NCBI GenBank assembly: GCA_965232245.1
Contig: CBDDPG010000002.1
Coordinates: 1,946,386 to 1,978,385, forward strand
DNA length: 32,000 nt
From: Phototrophicaceae bacterium
GTDB lineage: Bacteria > Chloroflexota > Anaerolineae > Aggregatilineales > Phototrophicaceae
Reading direction: 5' to 3'
Positions 8,740 through 18,332 of the stretch are shown here, one piece after another. Position 1 is the first letter of the stretch; every line of letters starts with the position of its first letter. Both the position numbers and the translations under genes were made by a program. The notes below the pieces were generated by a model. It ran no database searches. It was not told where the DNA came from and was given only the letters and a program-made list of their open reading frames with translations.

Positions 8740-9516
8740 TTAGCTATGCTTGCGCTGTTTGCGCTCGCGCCGTTTTCGGCGGATTTCCGCCAGTTCTTTG
8801 GCTGGCGTCATCAGCGCGTCGACTTCGCTTTGGTCGAGCTGATACCAGGCGCCCTTGCGCAAAGTGCCTAAGCCGAGTTGGCCGATGTGGGTGCGAACCA
8901 AGCGCATCACCGGATGACCCAGGACCGCGGCTACCCGGCGGATCTGACGCTTGCGTCCTTCGACCATGATAATACGCAAGGTGCTGGTCCGTCTGTTGGA
9001 CGCCAATACCTTGACGGAGCAGGCGGCGGTACGGCTGTTGTCCAGCCAAATGCCAGCTTCCCATTTTTCCAGCGTTTCGCGCCGGAGCTTGCCCTTGACC
9101 GTGACCTTGTAAGTCTTGGTGTGTTCATATCGCGGATGCGTCGCTTTATTGGCTAGTTTCCCGTCGTTGGTCAAGATCATCAGCCCCTCGCTGTCGGCGT
9201 CAAGGCGTCCGATGGTGAAGAGGTGGCCGGGCAAATCTATCAGTTCGCGTATAGTGGGGCGGCTATCGTCTGGCGACGATTCGTTTGTCGACAGCAGGCC
9301 TTTCGGCTTGTTCACGACGATATAGAGCGGGTCGGAAGCGCCCCCGATGCGCTCGCCATCCACCAGGATGATGTCCTTCCGCGGGTCCGCTTTTGTCCCG
9401 AGTTCGATGACCTTGCCGTTAACCCGTACTCTGCCCGCTCGGATAATATCTTCGCATTTGCGGCGCGATCCGATATTGGCTTGCGCCATGATTTTCTGCA
9501 CGCGTTCTGATGTCAT
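8740..9516 (-). CDS. Pseudouridine synthase, RsuA/RluB family, with N-terminal S4 domain and basic C-terminal tail
   Basis: 258 aa with an S4-like N-terminus (SRRKCEDIIRAGRVRVNG), the catalytic GRLDADSEGL motif and KRQIRR. Confidence 0.8.
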   Translation of the reverse strand: MTSERVQKIMAQANIGSRRKCEDIIRAGRVRVNGKVIELGTKADPRKDIILVDGERIGGASDPLYIVVNKPKGLLSTNESSPDDSRPTIRELIDLPGHLFTIGRLDADSEGLMILTNDGKLANKATHPRYEHTKTYKVTVKGKLRRETLEKWEAGIWLDNSRTAACSVKVLASNRRTSTLRIIMVEGRKRQIRRVAAVLGHPVMRLVRTHIGQLGLGTLRKGAWYQLDQSEVDALMTPAKELAEIRRKRRERKQRKHS

Positions 9517-9675
9517 GCCGGCTTAACTTCGCTTGTGATAGGATGTCGCGCTGATGAGGACATCATAGGAAACTCGCCGCCTGCCTGCTAGGGTGAATCG
9601 ACGCTATTAAGCGCATAAACCAATGCCAGCGGGAAGACAGCGCCGAGCATAGCATTGAAAAAACGCGCCGAGCTG

Positions 9676-11298
9676 TCATTCGATCGTCTTGTCTGTCACG
9701 ATGAATTGCAGCGGAATCCCCAGTAGCAGTCGTGTTTGCGCCACCAGGGTAGGCAAGGCGACGACAAGCAGCGTCAAGACCAGCATAAAGGGGATGCTCA
9801 ACAACTCTTGCAGGCTTTCCACGAAGGTGTAGGGACGGTCTCGCGGCGGTCGGATTCGATAGTCCTGGATTTGAAATACGATGACTAGGACTATCATGGT
9901 GATGCCAGAAATCGCCAAAAGGATCCAGGCTGGATGGCTCCTGGACAAGCCGTCGATGGCATAAGACAGCTTGTCCGAAGCGGCAAAGAAGGTATCCAAC
10001 TGCACTGGCGCGATTTCGGGATGAAACAGCACGGGCAATTGCGATCCAACCGTCAGGATGATCCAACCGGCGCCGGCCAGCAAGATATCATGCGCGATTC
10101 TGAACAATAACTTCAAAGAGTTGAAGGATACGACATGAGGGTTCTCGATCAACTTGGCCAGCATGTAACCGACCTCTTTGCTGCCCCAGGCATGGCGCAA
10201 TGTCTGGGTATAGCGGTTCTTGACAGAACGAAAGATGTTGGAACCGGTGGTCGAATCCGCCAAGAAGGGCAGGAAAATGTGCTGTAGAGAAACTTTGCCG
10301 CCGGTGGCGAAATAGGCTTTGATCAACATGTGCCATTCATCGGCGATCACGTCGGTATCCCAGTTGCCGCTTTGCTCGAGCAATTTCAAGCTGAGCGAAT
10401 AGGAAGACATCGGCATCGCCATCCACCAGGGCGCGGCCAGGTAAGCCATCTCAAAAGCCGTGGCGTAGGTGTTGATAATGCGCATCAAGGGGTTGACTTG
10501 CCATATATTGCCGTGATAGCGAATTGGCGCCTGCCAGAAGGTGCGATGCCTGTCTTTGCTGGCGGCGAATAAATAAGTGAGGGCTGCGAAGTGCTTCGGG
10601 TGCCAGCGCGTGTCGGCATCCATAGTCGTCACGACGATGTTGTCGATATCCAGGTTTTCCGGCTCGACCACTTTGTCAAAGTACCATTTGACCGCCCAGG
10701 ACAGATTGGCCGACTTGCATTGCATTTCGCCAATCAAGCCACGCGGATGCACAGTGTAATAAACGTTGCGAAAATGCGCGGCGAAATGGCGCTGCAAGAA
10801 AAGCGCTTTGCGATAGCTATTTGGTTCTCCGCCTTCCATTGCCAGGACGATCGAGATTTGCGATTTGGCGTTGCGCTGCTGCCGGAGGTGGTTCAGCGTG
10901 CGGCTCAGAACTTCAAGCGATTCCTTGTAGTTGGGGATGATTACGAGGTGCTGCACGTCGTCCCAGGCGACGCCGACCTCGTCTTCAATTTCCAGGTACT
11001 TTTGATGCCAGTCGATCGCTTCCCAGGTATTGACCTTGCGATTGCCCATGGTGTTGGCGATGCCGGCGGACAAGAACCTGAGCGCCGAATAGAGGGCTAC
11101 AAATGCAGCTGTCAGCATCAGCGTGAGTGGGAAGGCGACCGCGCTTGCGATTGAGAGCAGCAGGACTAGCCAGGCGATAAAGCCCGGAATTCCGTCGAGA
11201 ACGCGTTCGGGAATCGGCGGGAGCGGGGCGCCGCCCCAAATCGAACGGCCTACTTCGGACGGATAGGGCTGTCGTTGCTTGTCAGATGTATTGGGCAC
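9676..11298 (-). CDS. Membrane-embedded processive family-2 glycosyltransferase (cellulose/chitin-synthase-like)
   Basis: 540 aa with a GTG start. Hydrophobic segments lie at both ends. Motifs occur in order: CKSANLS (K-A-G-N-L-N-like), TMDADT (DxD), ADEWH (TED-like), QTLRHAWG (QxxRW-like). Confidence 0.7.
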   Translation of the reverse strand: MPNTSDKQRQPYPSEVGRSIWGGAPLPPIPERVLDGIPGFIAWLVLLLSIASAVAFPLTLMLTAAFVALYSALRFLSAGIANTMGNRKVNTWEAIDWHQKYLEIEDEVGVAWDDVQHLVIIPNYKESLEVLSRTLNHLRQQRNAKSQISIVLAMEGGEPNSYRKALFLQRHFAAHFRNVYYTVHPRGLIGEMQCKSANLSWAVKWYFDKVVEPENLDIDNIVVTTMDADTRWHPKHFAALTYLFAASKDRHRTFWQAPIRYHGNIWQVNPLMRIINTYATAFEMAYLAAPWWMAMPMSSYSLSLKLLEQSGNWDTDVIADEWHMLIKAYFATGGKVSLQHIFLPFLADSTTGSNIFRSVKNRYTQTLRHAWGSKEVGYMLAKLIENPHVVSFNSLKLLFRIAHDILLAGAGWIILTVGSQLPVLFHPEIAPVQLDTFFAASDKLSYAIDGLSRSHPAWILLAISGITMIVLVIVFQIQDYRIRPPRDRPYTFVESLQELLSIPFMLVLTLLVVALPTLVAQTRLLLGIPLQFIVTDKTIE

Positions 11299-11430
11299 AA
11301 ATATCTTGTCGGCGGATTAACTGTCCCGAGCGCCTAAATCATAGCATACAGCAACTTGCCAACAAGCCAAAATCAATGTCGGGGCAGGTCCGGCGAGCGG
11401 TGGCGCTTGCCGCATGCTAGCCAAGCGCAG

Positions 11431-12627
11431 TCAAGACTTGGCGCCCTTGCCGCCCTTGAGGCCGCGCTGGCTGGCGACCGATACCAGATTCGTCTGATAG
11501 TCATATATGTTGCGGCGCTTTTCCGCCTGCGCTTCCCGCGCCAGGTCCACCAACTTCTGGACCACTTGGCTGGGCGACAGCCCATCTTCCCGCCAGAGAT
11601 ACAGCGCGAGCGAACCGGGCATGGTGTTTATTTCGTTGAGATAAATCTCGTCTCGCTCCGGTCTTACCAAGAAATCAATGCGCGCGATGCCGCGCCCGTC
11701 GACAGCCTGGAAGGCGCGCAGGCTCAGTTGCCGCAAGCGCTGCGCCAGCGCGTCGCTGACCGGCGCCGGGATGATGCGCTCGGCGCTCTTCATGCCTTCA
11801 TCCCCGCGCAGATACTTGTCCTCATAGGACAGGAAATCGTCCCAAGAAACAGGCTGTTCCAATGTCGAGGCTTGACATTCGCTGCCCAACCCTATGACAG
11901 AACAATTGATTTCGATGCCGTCGGTGATGGCTGGCTCAACTATGACGCGCCGGTCGAAATTGGCGGCGATGTCGATACCCGCGCGCAGCAGCGGGGTGGA
12001 ATCCGCTCGGCTGATGCCGATGCTGGAACCCAGCGTCGCCGGCTTTATGAAAAGCGGGAATGCCAGGTTTTGTTGGATCGCTTCAAGCACTTGATCGGGC
12101 TGGTTTAGCCAGCTTTCGCGGGTGAAAACGAAATCTTCGAGCACCGGGACGCCCGCTTGACGCAGCACCATCTTGGTCATCGCTTTGTCATTGGTCAGAG
12201 CCGAGCCTAGCGTGGCGTATCCGACATAAGGTATATCCGCCAGTTCGAGCAATCCCTGGAGGCTGCCATCCTCGCCGTGTGTGCCGTGCAGCGCGGGGAA
12301 TGCCACATCAACACGCTGGACCGCGCTCTTGCTGAATCTGCGAGCCAGGGGCTTCACGATGAGACCATGGTGGCGCGTATCCGGCGATAGCAGGCAAGGG
12401 CTGATCCCTTCCAGTCGCAGCAAGTCCTCACGAGCGAAGTTGTCCAATTTCAACAGCGGCGCGCCGGTGTACCAGGCGCCGTCGCGGGAGATGTAGACGG
12501 GGATCACCTCGTACAAATCCGCGGGAAAGGCTGCCATTATCTGCTGGCCCGTCACGATGGACACATCGTGTTCGACGCTGCGGCCCCCAAAGATGACCGC
12601 CACGCGCGTTCGCCGCCGATTGCTCAT
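11431..12627 (-). CDS. ddl: D-alanine--D-alanine ligase (long form)
   Basis: 398 aa with VAVIFGGRSVEHDVSIVTG at the N-terminus, an ATP-grasp core and LNEINTMPG near the C-terminus. Confidence 0.9.
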   Translation of the reverse strand: MSNRRRTRVAVIFGGRSVEHDVSIVTGQQIMAAFPADLYEVIPVYISRDGAWYTGAPLLKLDNFAREDLLRLEGISPCLLSPDTRHHGLIVKPLARRFSKSAVQRVDVAFPALHGTHGEDGSLQGLLELADIPYVGYATLGSALTNDKAMTKMVLRQAGVPVLEDFVFTRESWLNQPDQVLEAIQQNLAFPLFIKPATLGSSIGISRADSTPLLRAGIDIAANFDRRVIVEPAITDGIEINCSVIGLGSECQASTLEQPVSWDDFLSYEDKYLRGDEGMKSAERIIPAPVSDALAQRLRQLSLRAFQAVDGRGIARIDFLVRPERDEIYLNEINTMPGSLALYLWREDGLSPSQVVQKLVDLAREAQAEKRRNIYDYQTNLVSVASQRGLKGGKGAKS

Positions 12628-12662
12628 GAGTCCTTCCCGGATCCTTGCGGTATCAGTGCAGT

Positions 12663-12691
12663 ACTATGCAAATTATGACTGATGATGTCAA
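12663..12691 (-). promoter_or_regulatory. Candidate sigma-70 promoter for ddl
   Basis: The minus strand reads TTGACA (12691-12686), a 17-nt spacer, then CATAGT (12668-12663). GGAAGGA Shine-Dalgarno precedes the ddl ATG. Confidence 0.3.
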
Positions 12692-12723
12692 TAATGTTTC
12701 ATGGCCTCTCCTTTGCGGAGCGT

Positions 12724-14427
12724 CTAATAGGTATCGGGCAAGTCATTCAAGAAAAGCACGGTGTCCTTCGCTCTTAGGTTCTGTTGGTACCAAGCCACCG
12801 ATTCCGCCAAGGTTTCATAGACTTGCACCCGCGCCATGTCATAACCTGCCGAGCGAATGCCTGCAAAAACTGGCTTGGTCTGCTCTCTGCCGATAAGGAT
12901 GATATCGGTGGCGTATTCGCTGGCTAAGACGCCCAGCTTGCGGTTTTCCTGGTCCTGCAAAGCGCCGAGTTCGATCATGCCCGGCGTGATCAGCAGCCTT
13001 TTGCCGGCTTGGTGCATGCCCAGGGCTTTTAGCGCGCTGACGACGCCTTTTGGGTTGGCGCTGTAGGCGTCATTGATGATGGTGATGCCCGCAGGCGTCA
13101 CTTGCCGGACCAGTCGACTTTCCGCCGGTTTGAGCGAGCCGATTCTCATGGCGATGTCACGCAAAGGCAGGCCCTCGTGATATGCGACCGCGACGCATAA
13201 CAGGAGATTCGTGACATTATGTTCGCCAATGACCGGCGCGCTTAACTGGGCTTGCTCGCCTGTCGCCACCTTGCAGACAGTGAAGCGCAAGCCCCCCAAA
13301 CTTTCTGCGATGTCGGTCGCGATCCAGGTCACGTTCTCGCGCCGCGCTTCATCAAGGGTCAGTTCTCGGCTCACGGCCAAGCGCGTCCTGGGATGACCTA
13401 GGGCGATCATCTCGCGGATCCAGGCGTTGTCCCAGTTGAAAACGCCGACGCCGTCTTCCTTGAGATTCTTGATGATTTCGTACTTGGCGCGCATGACATT
13501 GTCCAGCGAGCCAAACCGTTCCAAATGTTGCGGACCTATTTCTGTGACAATCGCGATGTCGGGCGGCGTCAACTGGCAGATGCGATGGATCTCGCCAGGC
13601 ACATAGGCGCCCATTTCACTGATGAAGTATTCCGTTCGATAGTCGTCGACGAGGTCGCGATTGATGGCCAGCGAGATGCCCATTAGCGTGTTATAGCTCT
13701 TTGGCGTGGCATAGACGCGATAGCGCAGGCTCAGGATGTCGCGCAAGAAGTCTTTGGTGGTGGTTTTGCCGTAGCTGCCGGTGATGCCTATGATTTTGGG
13801 CGTGGTCGCGTTCAGCGCCGCGCGCGCCTGCGACAGAAAGCGCCGCCGCTGGTATCTTTCATAGGGCTGCAGAATCAGGTTGCCCATTATCAGCCAGATT
13901 GGAGCCAGCAAGAAAAGGATAAAGCCCGTCGTACCGATCGCTAGCGGCGCAATCCGCAGCGAATGAAATTCTTCAATCGTATTCAGCGCAGCCACGACGG
14001 CCGCCCCCTGCGCGAGCGCGGCGCATAAGGCGGCGGCGGCCAGCATACGCTTGACGCGCCCCGTGCGCACGAGCGGCTTTTTGATTTCTTGTTCGGGCGC
14101 GGGCAAAACGGCGACGAGAGCCGCGACAAACATGATCAAGAGTGAGAGAGCGTCGTTTGGCTCTTCACGCAGGAAGGCGGGGACGATAGCAAGGACCGTG
14201 CCGAGGAACCAAGCCGCCAGCGCGCGCATAGGCAAAAGGCGGCGCGGCGACCGGCGCAGCCACATCAAAAAGCGCCGGCTCATGTATTCTTCTATTTGGT
14301 AGAAACGAGCCAGTTGATATATGCGCAGCCAGGTTCCAACTAGCCAGAAGCCCGCCAATGCAATTTGCCAGAGACTCGGCACTGTTTTATCCCCATACGG
14401 TGCAAGCGCATTATAAGGGCTTTCCAC
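12724..14427 (-). CDS. Mur ligase family, MurF-like (UDP-MurNAc-tripeptide--D-Ala-D-Ala ligase-like) with N-terminal polytopic membrane domain
   Basis: 567 aa. The P-loop GITGSYGKTTTKD sits at about residue 214 and NDAYSANP lies later. Residues 18-185 are hydrophobic helices with R/K-rich loops. The gene is immediately upstream of ddl. Confidence 0.75.
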   Translation of the reverse strand: MESPYNALAPYGDKTVPSLWQIALAGFWLVGTWLRIYQLARFYQIEEYMSRRFLMWLRRSPRRLLPMRALAAWFLGTVLAIVPAFLREEPNDALSLLIMFVAALVAVLPAPEQEIKKPLVRTGRVKRMLAAAALCAALAQGAAVVAALNTIEEFHSLRIAPLAIGTTGFILFLLAPIWLIMGNLILQPYERYQRRRFLSQARAALNATTPKIIGITGSYGKTTTKDFLRDILSLRYRVYATPKSYNTLMGISLAINRDLVDDYRTEYFISEMGAYVPGEIHRICQLTPPDIAIVTEIGPQHLERFGSLDNVMRAKYEIIKNLKEDGVGVFNWDNAWIREMIALGHPRTRLAVSRELTLDEARRENVTWIATDIAESLGGLRFTVCKVATGEQAQLSAPVIGEHNVTNLLLCVAVAYHEGLPLRDIAMRIGSLKPAESRLVRQVTPAGITIINDAYSANPKGVVSALKALGMHQAGKRLLITPGMIELGALQDQENRKLGVLASEYATDIILIGREQTKPVFAGIRSAGYDMARVQVYETLAESVAWYQQNLRAKDTVLFLNDLPDTY

Positions 14428-14466
14428 GATTAGACAACAGGACGGCGAAACAGTCGCTTTGCGCTA

Positions 14467-15261
14467 TCAGGTGATTTGAGATTGGGCGCTTGAATAGAGC
14501 GAGTTCATGATAGCTGCGGTGCGGCGCGCATAGTCAAGATAGGCATAGTGCCCCGCGCCTTCGTGCACGATCAGGGCGGCGTCGGCAATGCTGCTTTCCA
14601 GCTTCTTGCCCATCCAGAGCGGCGTTTCCGTATCCGCATCGCCCCAGATCAAGATTGTTGGCGCCGTCACTCCCCTTGCATGGGGCAGCAAGTCTTGCCT
14701 GACGACATTGACCAGGGTTTCGCGCATGACGGGCGATGCGGCTTGAAAATCCGGCGAAGCGTATCTCTTGTTGTAACGCTGGCGAAGCTCTTCGGCGATT
14801 GCGGCAGCGCCGAGGCGTTTCAAGCTGCCGCGGAGCGACTGATAGACCCGCAGGCGCAATCGGCTGGACAGGGCTTGCTTCTCTTTGATGCCGGCGCTGT
14901 TTGACAAGACCATGCTCATGAGACGGTCGCTGTGCTCGGACGCGAGTATCAAGCCAATGCGCCCGCCCAGCGAATGACCGAAGTAATGTATTCGCTCCAG
15001 TTGGTGTGAATCGAGATAGGCGATGCAGAAAGCGGCGTAATCGAAGATCGTGAATGGGACCGGCGGTTCGGCGCTTTCGCCGAACCCGGGCAAGTCCAAC
15101 ATGAATAGCTGGTAATCAAGCTGTTCAAGGTGATGCGCCAAGGGCATCATAAGTTCAAGATTGGCGCCCCAGCCGTGAATCAACAACACGGGTGGTCCTT
15201 TGCCAATCACGCGCTCGCGGATCTCAATGCCATTGACGACGATGCGCCGGGAGCTGTCCAA
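14467..15261 (-). CDS. Alpha/beta-fold hydrolase
   Basis: 264 aa with HGWG oxyanion-hole motif, GHSLGG nucleophile elbow and a C-terminal GAGHY histidine region. Confidence 0.8.
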   Translation of the reverse strand: MDSSRRIVVNGIEIRERVIGKGPPVLLIHGWGANLELMMPLAHHLEQLDYQLFMLDLPGFGESAEPPVPFTIFDYAAFCIAYLDSHQLERIHYFGHSLGGRIGLILASEHSDRLMSMVLSNSAGIKEKQALSSRLRLRVYQSLRGSLKRLGAAAIAEELRQRYNKRYASPDFQAASPVMRETLVNVVRQDLLPHARGVTAPTILIWGDADTETPLWMGKKLESSIADAALIVHEGAGHYAYLDYARRTAAIMNSLYSSAQSQIT

Positions 15262-15267
15262 GGCGGG

Positions 15268-17193
15268 TCAACCGATGGAACTGAGCGGAATCGAGACTTG
15301 ACGCGCTGCCTGGCGCTCGCTGATGGGCGTGACGGGCGGGCATTCCCAAGCCTGTTCCGCCGTGGTCGAACGCTCTTTGGCGAATTTCGGCAGGATGCCG
15401 CAGGCGAAGCATTTGTCGCGGCAATCGACGCGCGTCTCGCGCCGGACGCTCATCAGATAATCTTCTTTGAGGAACTTCTTATGTATGCCGACGTCGATGT
15501 GATCCCAAGGGAAGACCTCGTCCAAGCCGCGCTCGCGGAAGTTGTAGAAATCAGGATCCAAGCCGCAATCGGCAAAAGCCGCTAGCCATTTGTGGTGCTG
15601 GTGTTGATCTTGCCAGGCGTCGAATTTGCAGCCCGATTCCCAGGCGCGGCGAATCACCCGCGCCAAGCGGCGATCTCCCCGGCTGAGCCAGCCTTCGAAT
15701 TCGCTGCCGTCATAGTCGTTCCAGCGCAGGTGCATGCCGCCGCGGCGCATTTGCCGCTTCAAGAGCGCTTGTTTGCGTTCAACTTGGTCGCGCTTGTCCA
15801 GCGGCGCCCACTGGAAAGGCGTATGCGGTTTGGGAATAAAGGTGCTGACGCCGACGTTCAGTGTGGCTTTCTTGCCCAGAATCTTGGTACCTTCGTGGAG
15901 CGTCCGCAGGCAGAGATCGATAATTGCTTGAACGTCCTCCAGCGCCTCCGCCGGATGACCGATCATGAAATAGAACTTGATTGTGCGCCATCCGCGGGAA
16001 TACACGTCTTTGGCGGTTTGGATGACTTGGTCGTCGGGCACGAATTTGTTAATCATGTCGCGCATTTTCTCGGTGGCGGCCTCTGGCGCGAAGGTGAAGC
16101 CGCTGCGGCGCGTATCGCCGAGCTTTTCCAGCAGGTCGGCGCTCGCGCTTTCGATGCGCAGGCTGGGCAAGCTCAAGCTCAGACCGGCGCCCTTATAGAC
16201 GCGGTTGACTTCTTCCGCAAGTTCTTCCACCCAAATGTAGTCGGAAGAGGACAAGCTCAACAAGCTGATCTCCTCGAAACCGGTATTCTGCACGATCTCC
16301 GCGATTGCCGACATGATCTCGTCAACCGGGCGCTCCCGCACGGGGCGCGTCACCATGCCGGCGTGACAGAATCGACATCCACGTGTACAGCCGCGCATAA
16401 TCTCGATCGGGGCGCGGTTATGCACGGTGTCGACATTAGGCACGATGAACTTGGTGAAGGGCTTGGGCAGTGAAATCACGATGCGTTTCAGCACGCGCTC
16501 CGGTATGCCCGGCTGATTGGGCTTAATGGCGAATATGCTGCCATCCCGCTGATATTCGACATCGTAAAACCGCGGCACATACAGGCCTTGGACCTGGGCG
16601 AGCGCCTTGAGTTGCTCGTTTCGGGGTCTGTTCTTCAGTTGCCCCATCACCGAAGCGATCTCAACGATGATCTCTTCGCCTTCGCCAATGACAAAGGCGT
16701 CAATGAAGTCCGACATGGGTTCTGGATTGAAACAGGCGTGCCCCCCAGCGATCACCAATGGCTGCCGCTCATCGCGCTCCCGGCTCAAAATGGGCAAGCC
16801 AGCCAGGTCAATCAGATTTAGGGCGTTGGTGTAAAGCTGCTCGTAGGGCAAGCTAATGCCGAGGATGTCAAATTCGCTAACTGGTCGCTTGCTTTCGAGC
16901 GAATACAACGGGATCTTCTGCTGGCGCATGATCGCTTCCATGTCCAGCCAAGGGGAAAAGACGCGCTCGGCCAGCATGTTGTCGCGCAGATTAACTTGGT
17001 GGTAGAGGTTCATAATGCCCAGGTTGGACATGCCCAAATCGTAAATGTCCGGGAAAGCCAGGGCGACCTTGATTTCTGTGCTGTCCCATGCTTTGACGAC
17101 GCTGTTGTACTCGCCGCCGACATAGCGCCCCGGTTTTTCCACTTGTAACAAGAAGCGTTCCAATTTAGGCTCGATTGAAGCGGAAACCGTCAT
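15268..17193 (-). CDS. B12-binding-domain radical SAM protein (TIGR03960-like)
   Basis: 641 aa with the CxxxCxxC cluster motif (MRGCTRGCRFCHAG) after an N-terminal B12-like domain. The overall layout is typical of the family that pairs with DUF2344. Confidence 0.8.
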   Translation of the reverse strand: MTVSASIEPKLERFLLQVEKPGRYVGGEYNSVVKAWDSTEIKVALAFPDIYDLGMSNLGIMNLYHQVNLRDNMLAERVFSPWLDMEAIMRQQKIPLYSLESKRPVSEFDILGISLPYEQLYTNALNLIDLAGLPILSRERDERQPLVIAGGHACFNPEPMSDFIDAFVIGEGEEIIVEIASVMGQLKNRPRNEQLKALAQVQGLYVPRFYDVEYQRDGSIFAIKPNQPGIPERVLKRIVISLPKPFTKFIVPNVDTVHNRAPIEIMRGCTRGCRFCHAGMVTRPVRERPVDEIMSAIAEIVQNTGFEEISLLSLSSSDYIWVEELAEEVNRVYKGAGLSLSLPSLRIESASADLLEKLGDTRRSGFTFAPEAATEKMRDMINKFVPDDQVIQTAKDVYSRGWRTIKFYFMIGHPAEALEDVQAIIDLCLRTLHEGTKILGKKATLNVGVSTFIPKPHTPFQWAPLDKRDQVERKQALLKRQMRRGGMHLRWNDYDGSEFEGWLSRGDRRLARVIRRAWESGCKFDAWQDQHQHHKWLAAFADCGLDPDFYNFRERGLDEVFPWDHIDVGIHKKFLKEDYLMSVRRETRVDCRDKCFACGILPKFAKERSTTAEQAWECPPVTPISERQAARQVSIPLSSIG

Positions 17194-17269
17194 CAGATTG
17201 TCCAGCCATTCTTATGTTTTGGCATCACGATACTGTGATTATAGCCTATGCCCGCAGGCTTGTGTAGCG

Positions 17270-18319
17270 ATGCGACATCGACGCGCGCTAGCCTGTCTGA
17301 TTGTTTCGCTCTTGTTGACGGCGGCGAACATCGCGCAAGATTACGGACCGGCGATTACCGCCGAAAACTTGCCGCGGCTGCGCTCCTACGCGCGGATTGA
17401 CTTCGCAGATATTGACGCCCAGCTTGAGATCGGCTGGTTCGCAGCCAATGAGGACGCGACTGAATTTCTCTTGCTTGGCTCGGCGGACGAGATCCATCGC
17501 ATTGCATTATTGCATGATTCGCGGAGCTGGCTCAGCCGACAAGAGCGGGGCGCAGGCTTCTATGCCCTAATTGATGCCATACTTGTACAGGGTCAGCCTA
17601 TTATCCTGCATCAGTCGGATGGAAAATACCTGATCAATGAAAACAGACTTGCGCATGACAAGGTTCCCATCGCGCTCTTTCACGGCATTGCAGAAGACGA
17701 ACTGTTTATTGAAGCGACTGCTAATGATGGACAGACGCAATTCCTGCGCTACCGGCTGGAGCCTGAAACGGGTGAAATCAGCTTGCGGGATGTGATTCCG
17801 TTCCCGGCTGCTGCGGATGATGCGCCTGTCATTCGCATAGGCAGAATAGACTTCCCGGTGGTGATACTGTCGGCATTGGCGGAAAACAAACTGTACTTGC
17901 GCATCTATCCCGATTCCTTCAACGCAAGCGCAGCCAAGGATTTCCAGCTCCTCAACGGTCCAGCCGTGTTTGGCGCGGTGAACGCGCCCTCAGCCAGCCA
18001 CTTCGCTTGGACGAACCCCTCAAGAGAGCAGCTCAATCTCTTGGATCTGAAGACGGGGGAAAACCGCATTGTGGCGGCGCTTGATGGCGCCTATGCGCAA
18101 TATCTCTTGCTATCCAAGGATGCCAGCGCGATTCTGGCGGTGAACCTGGATTTCCAGCCTGTGCTAGTCGCCTGGGATGCCAAAAGCGGCGAACGCTATG
18201 ACCTGGGTCCCTATCGTGAATGCGGCAGAATACCGGATAATGTGGCGCTCAGCCGAGACGGCAAAGCGCTGATTATCGGCTGCGATACCGGTCTGGATAT
18301 ATGGCGAATATCGGAATAA
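17270..18319 (+). CDS. Exported hypothetical protein, WD40/beta-propeller-like
   Basis: ATG 17270 gives a signal-peptide-like MRHRRALACLIVSLLLTAANIAQ. The C-terminal repeat (LSRDGKALIIGCDTGLDIWRI) resembles a WD40 blade. The track's TTG at 17198 lies 5 nt from the divergent gene start, so I disfavour it. Confidence 0.55.
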   Translation: MRHRRALACLIVSLLLTAANIAQDYGPAITAENLPRLRSYARIDFADIDAQLEIGWFAANEDATEFLLLGSADEIHRIALLHDSRSWLSRQERGAGFYALIDAILVQGQPIILHQSDGKYLINENRLAHDKVPIALFHGIAEDELFIEATANDGQTQFLRYRLEPETGEISLRDVIPFPAAADDAPVIRIGRIDFPVVILSALAENKLYLRIYPDSFNASAAKDFQLLNGPAVFGAVNAPSASHFAWTNPSREQLNLLDLKTGENRIVAALDGAYAQYLLLSKDASAILAVNLDFQPVLVAWDAKSGERYDLGPYRECGRIPDNVALSRDGKALIIGCDTGLDIWRISE

Positions 18320-18332
18320 AGGAGAGAGACAG

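Noticed and set aside
9541-9575. CTGATGAG motif followed by GAAAC (hammerhead ribozyme-like core) in the GT2-rluB spacer
   Set aside because: No stem II hairpin lies between CUGAUGA and GAAA (ggacatcatagg does not self-pair). Instead gatgtc/gacatc flank the motif, so the hammerhead architecture is not satisfied.
11356-12108. 250-aa ORF antisense to ddl
   Set aside because: Shadow ORF. The ddl assignment on the minus strand is unambiguous.
15592-16473. 293-aa ORF antisense to the radical SAM gene
   Set aside because: Shadow ORF with Ala/Arg/Gly-rich composition and no motifs. The opposite strand carries a clear CxxxCxxC radical SAM protein.
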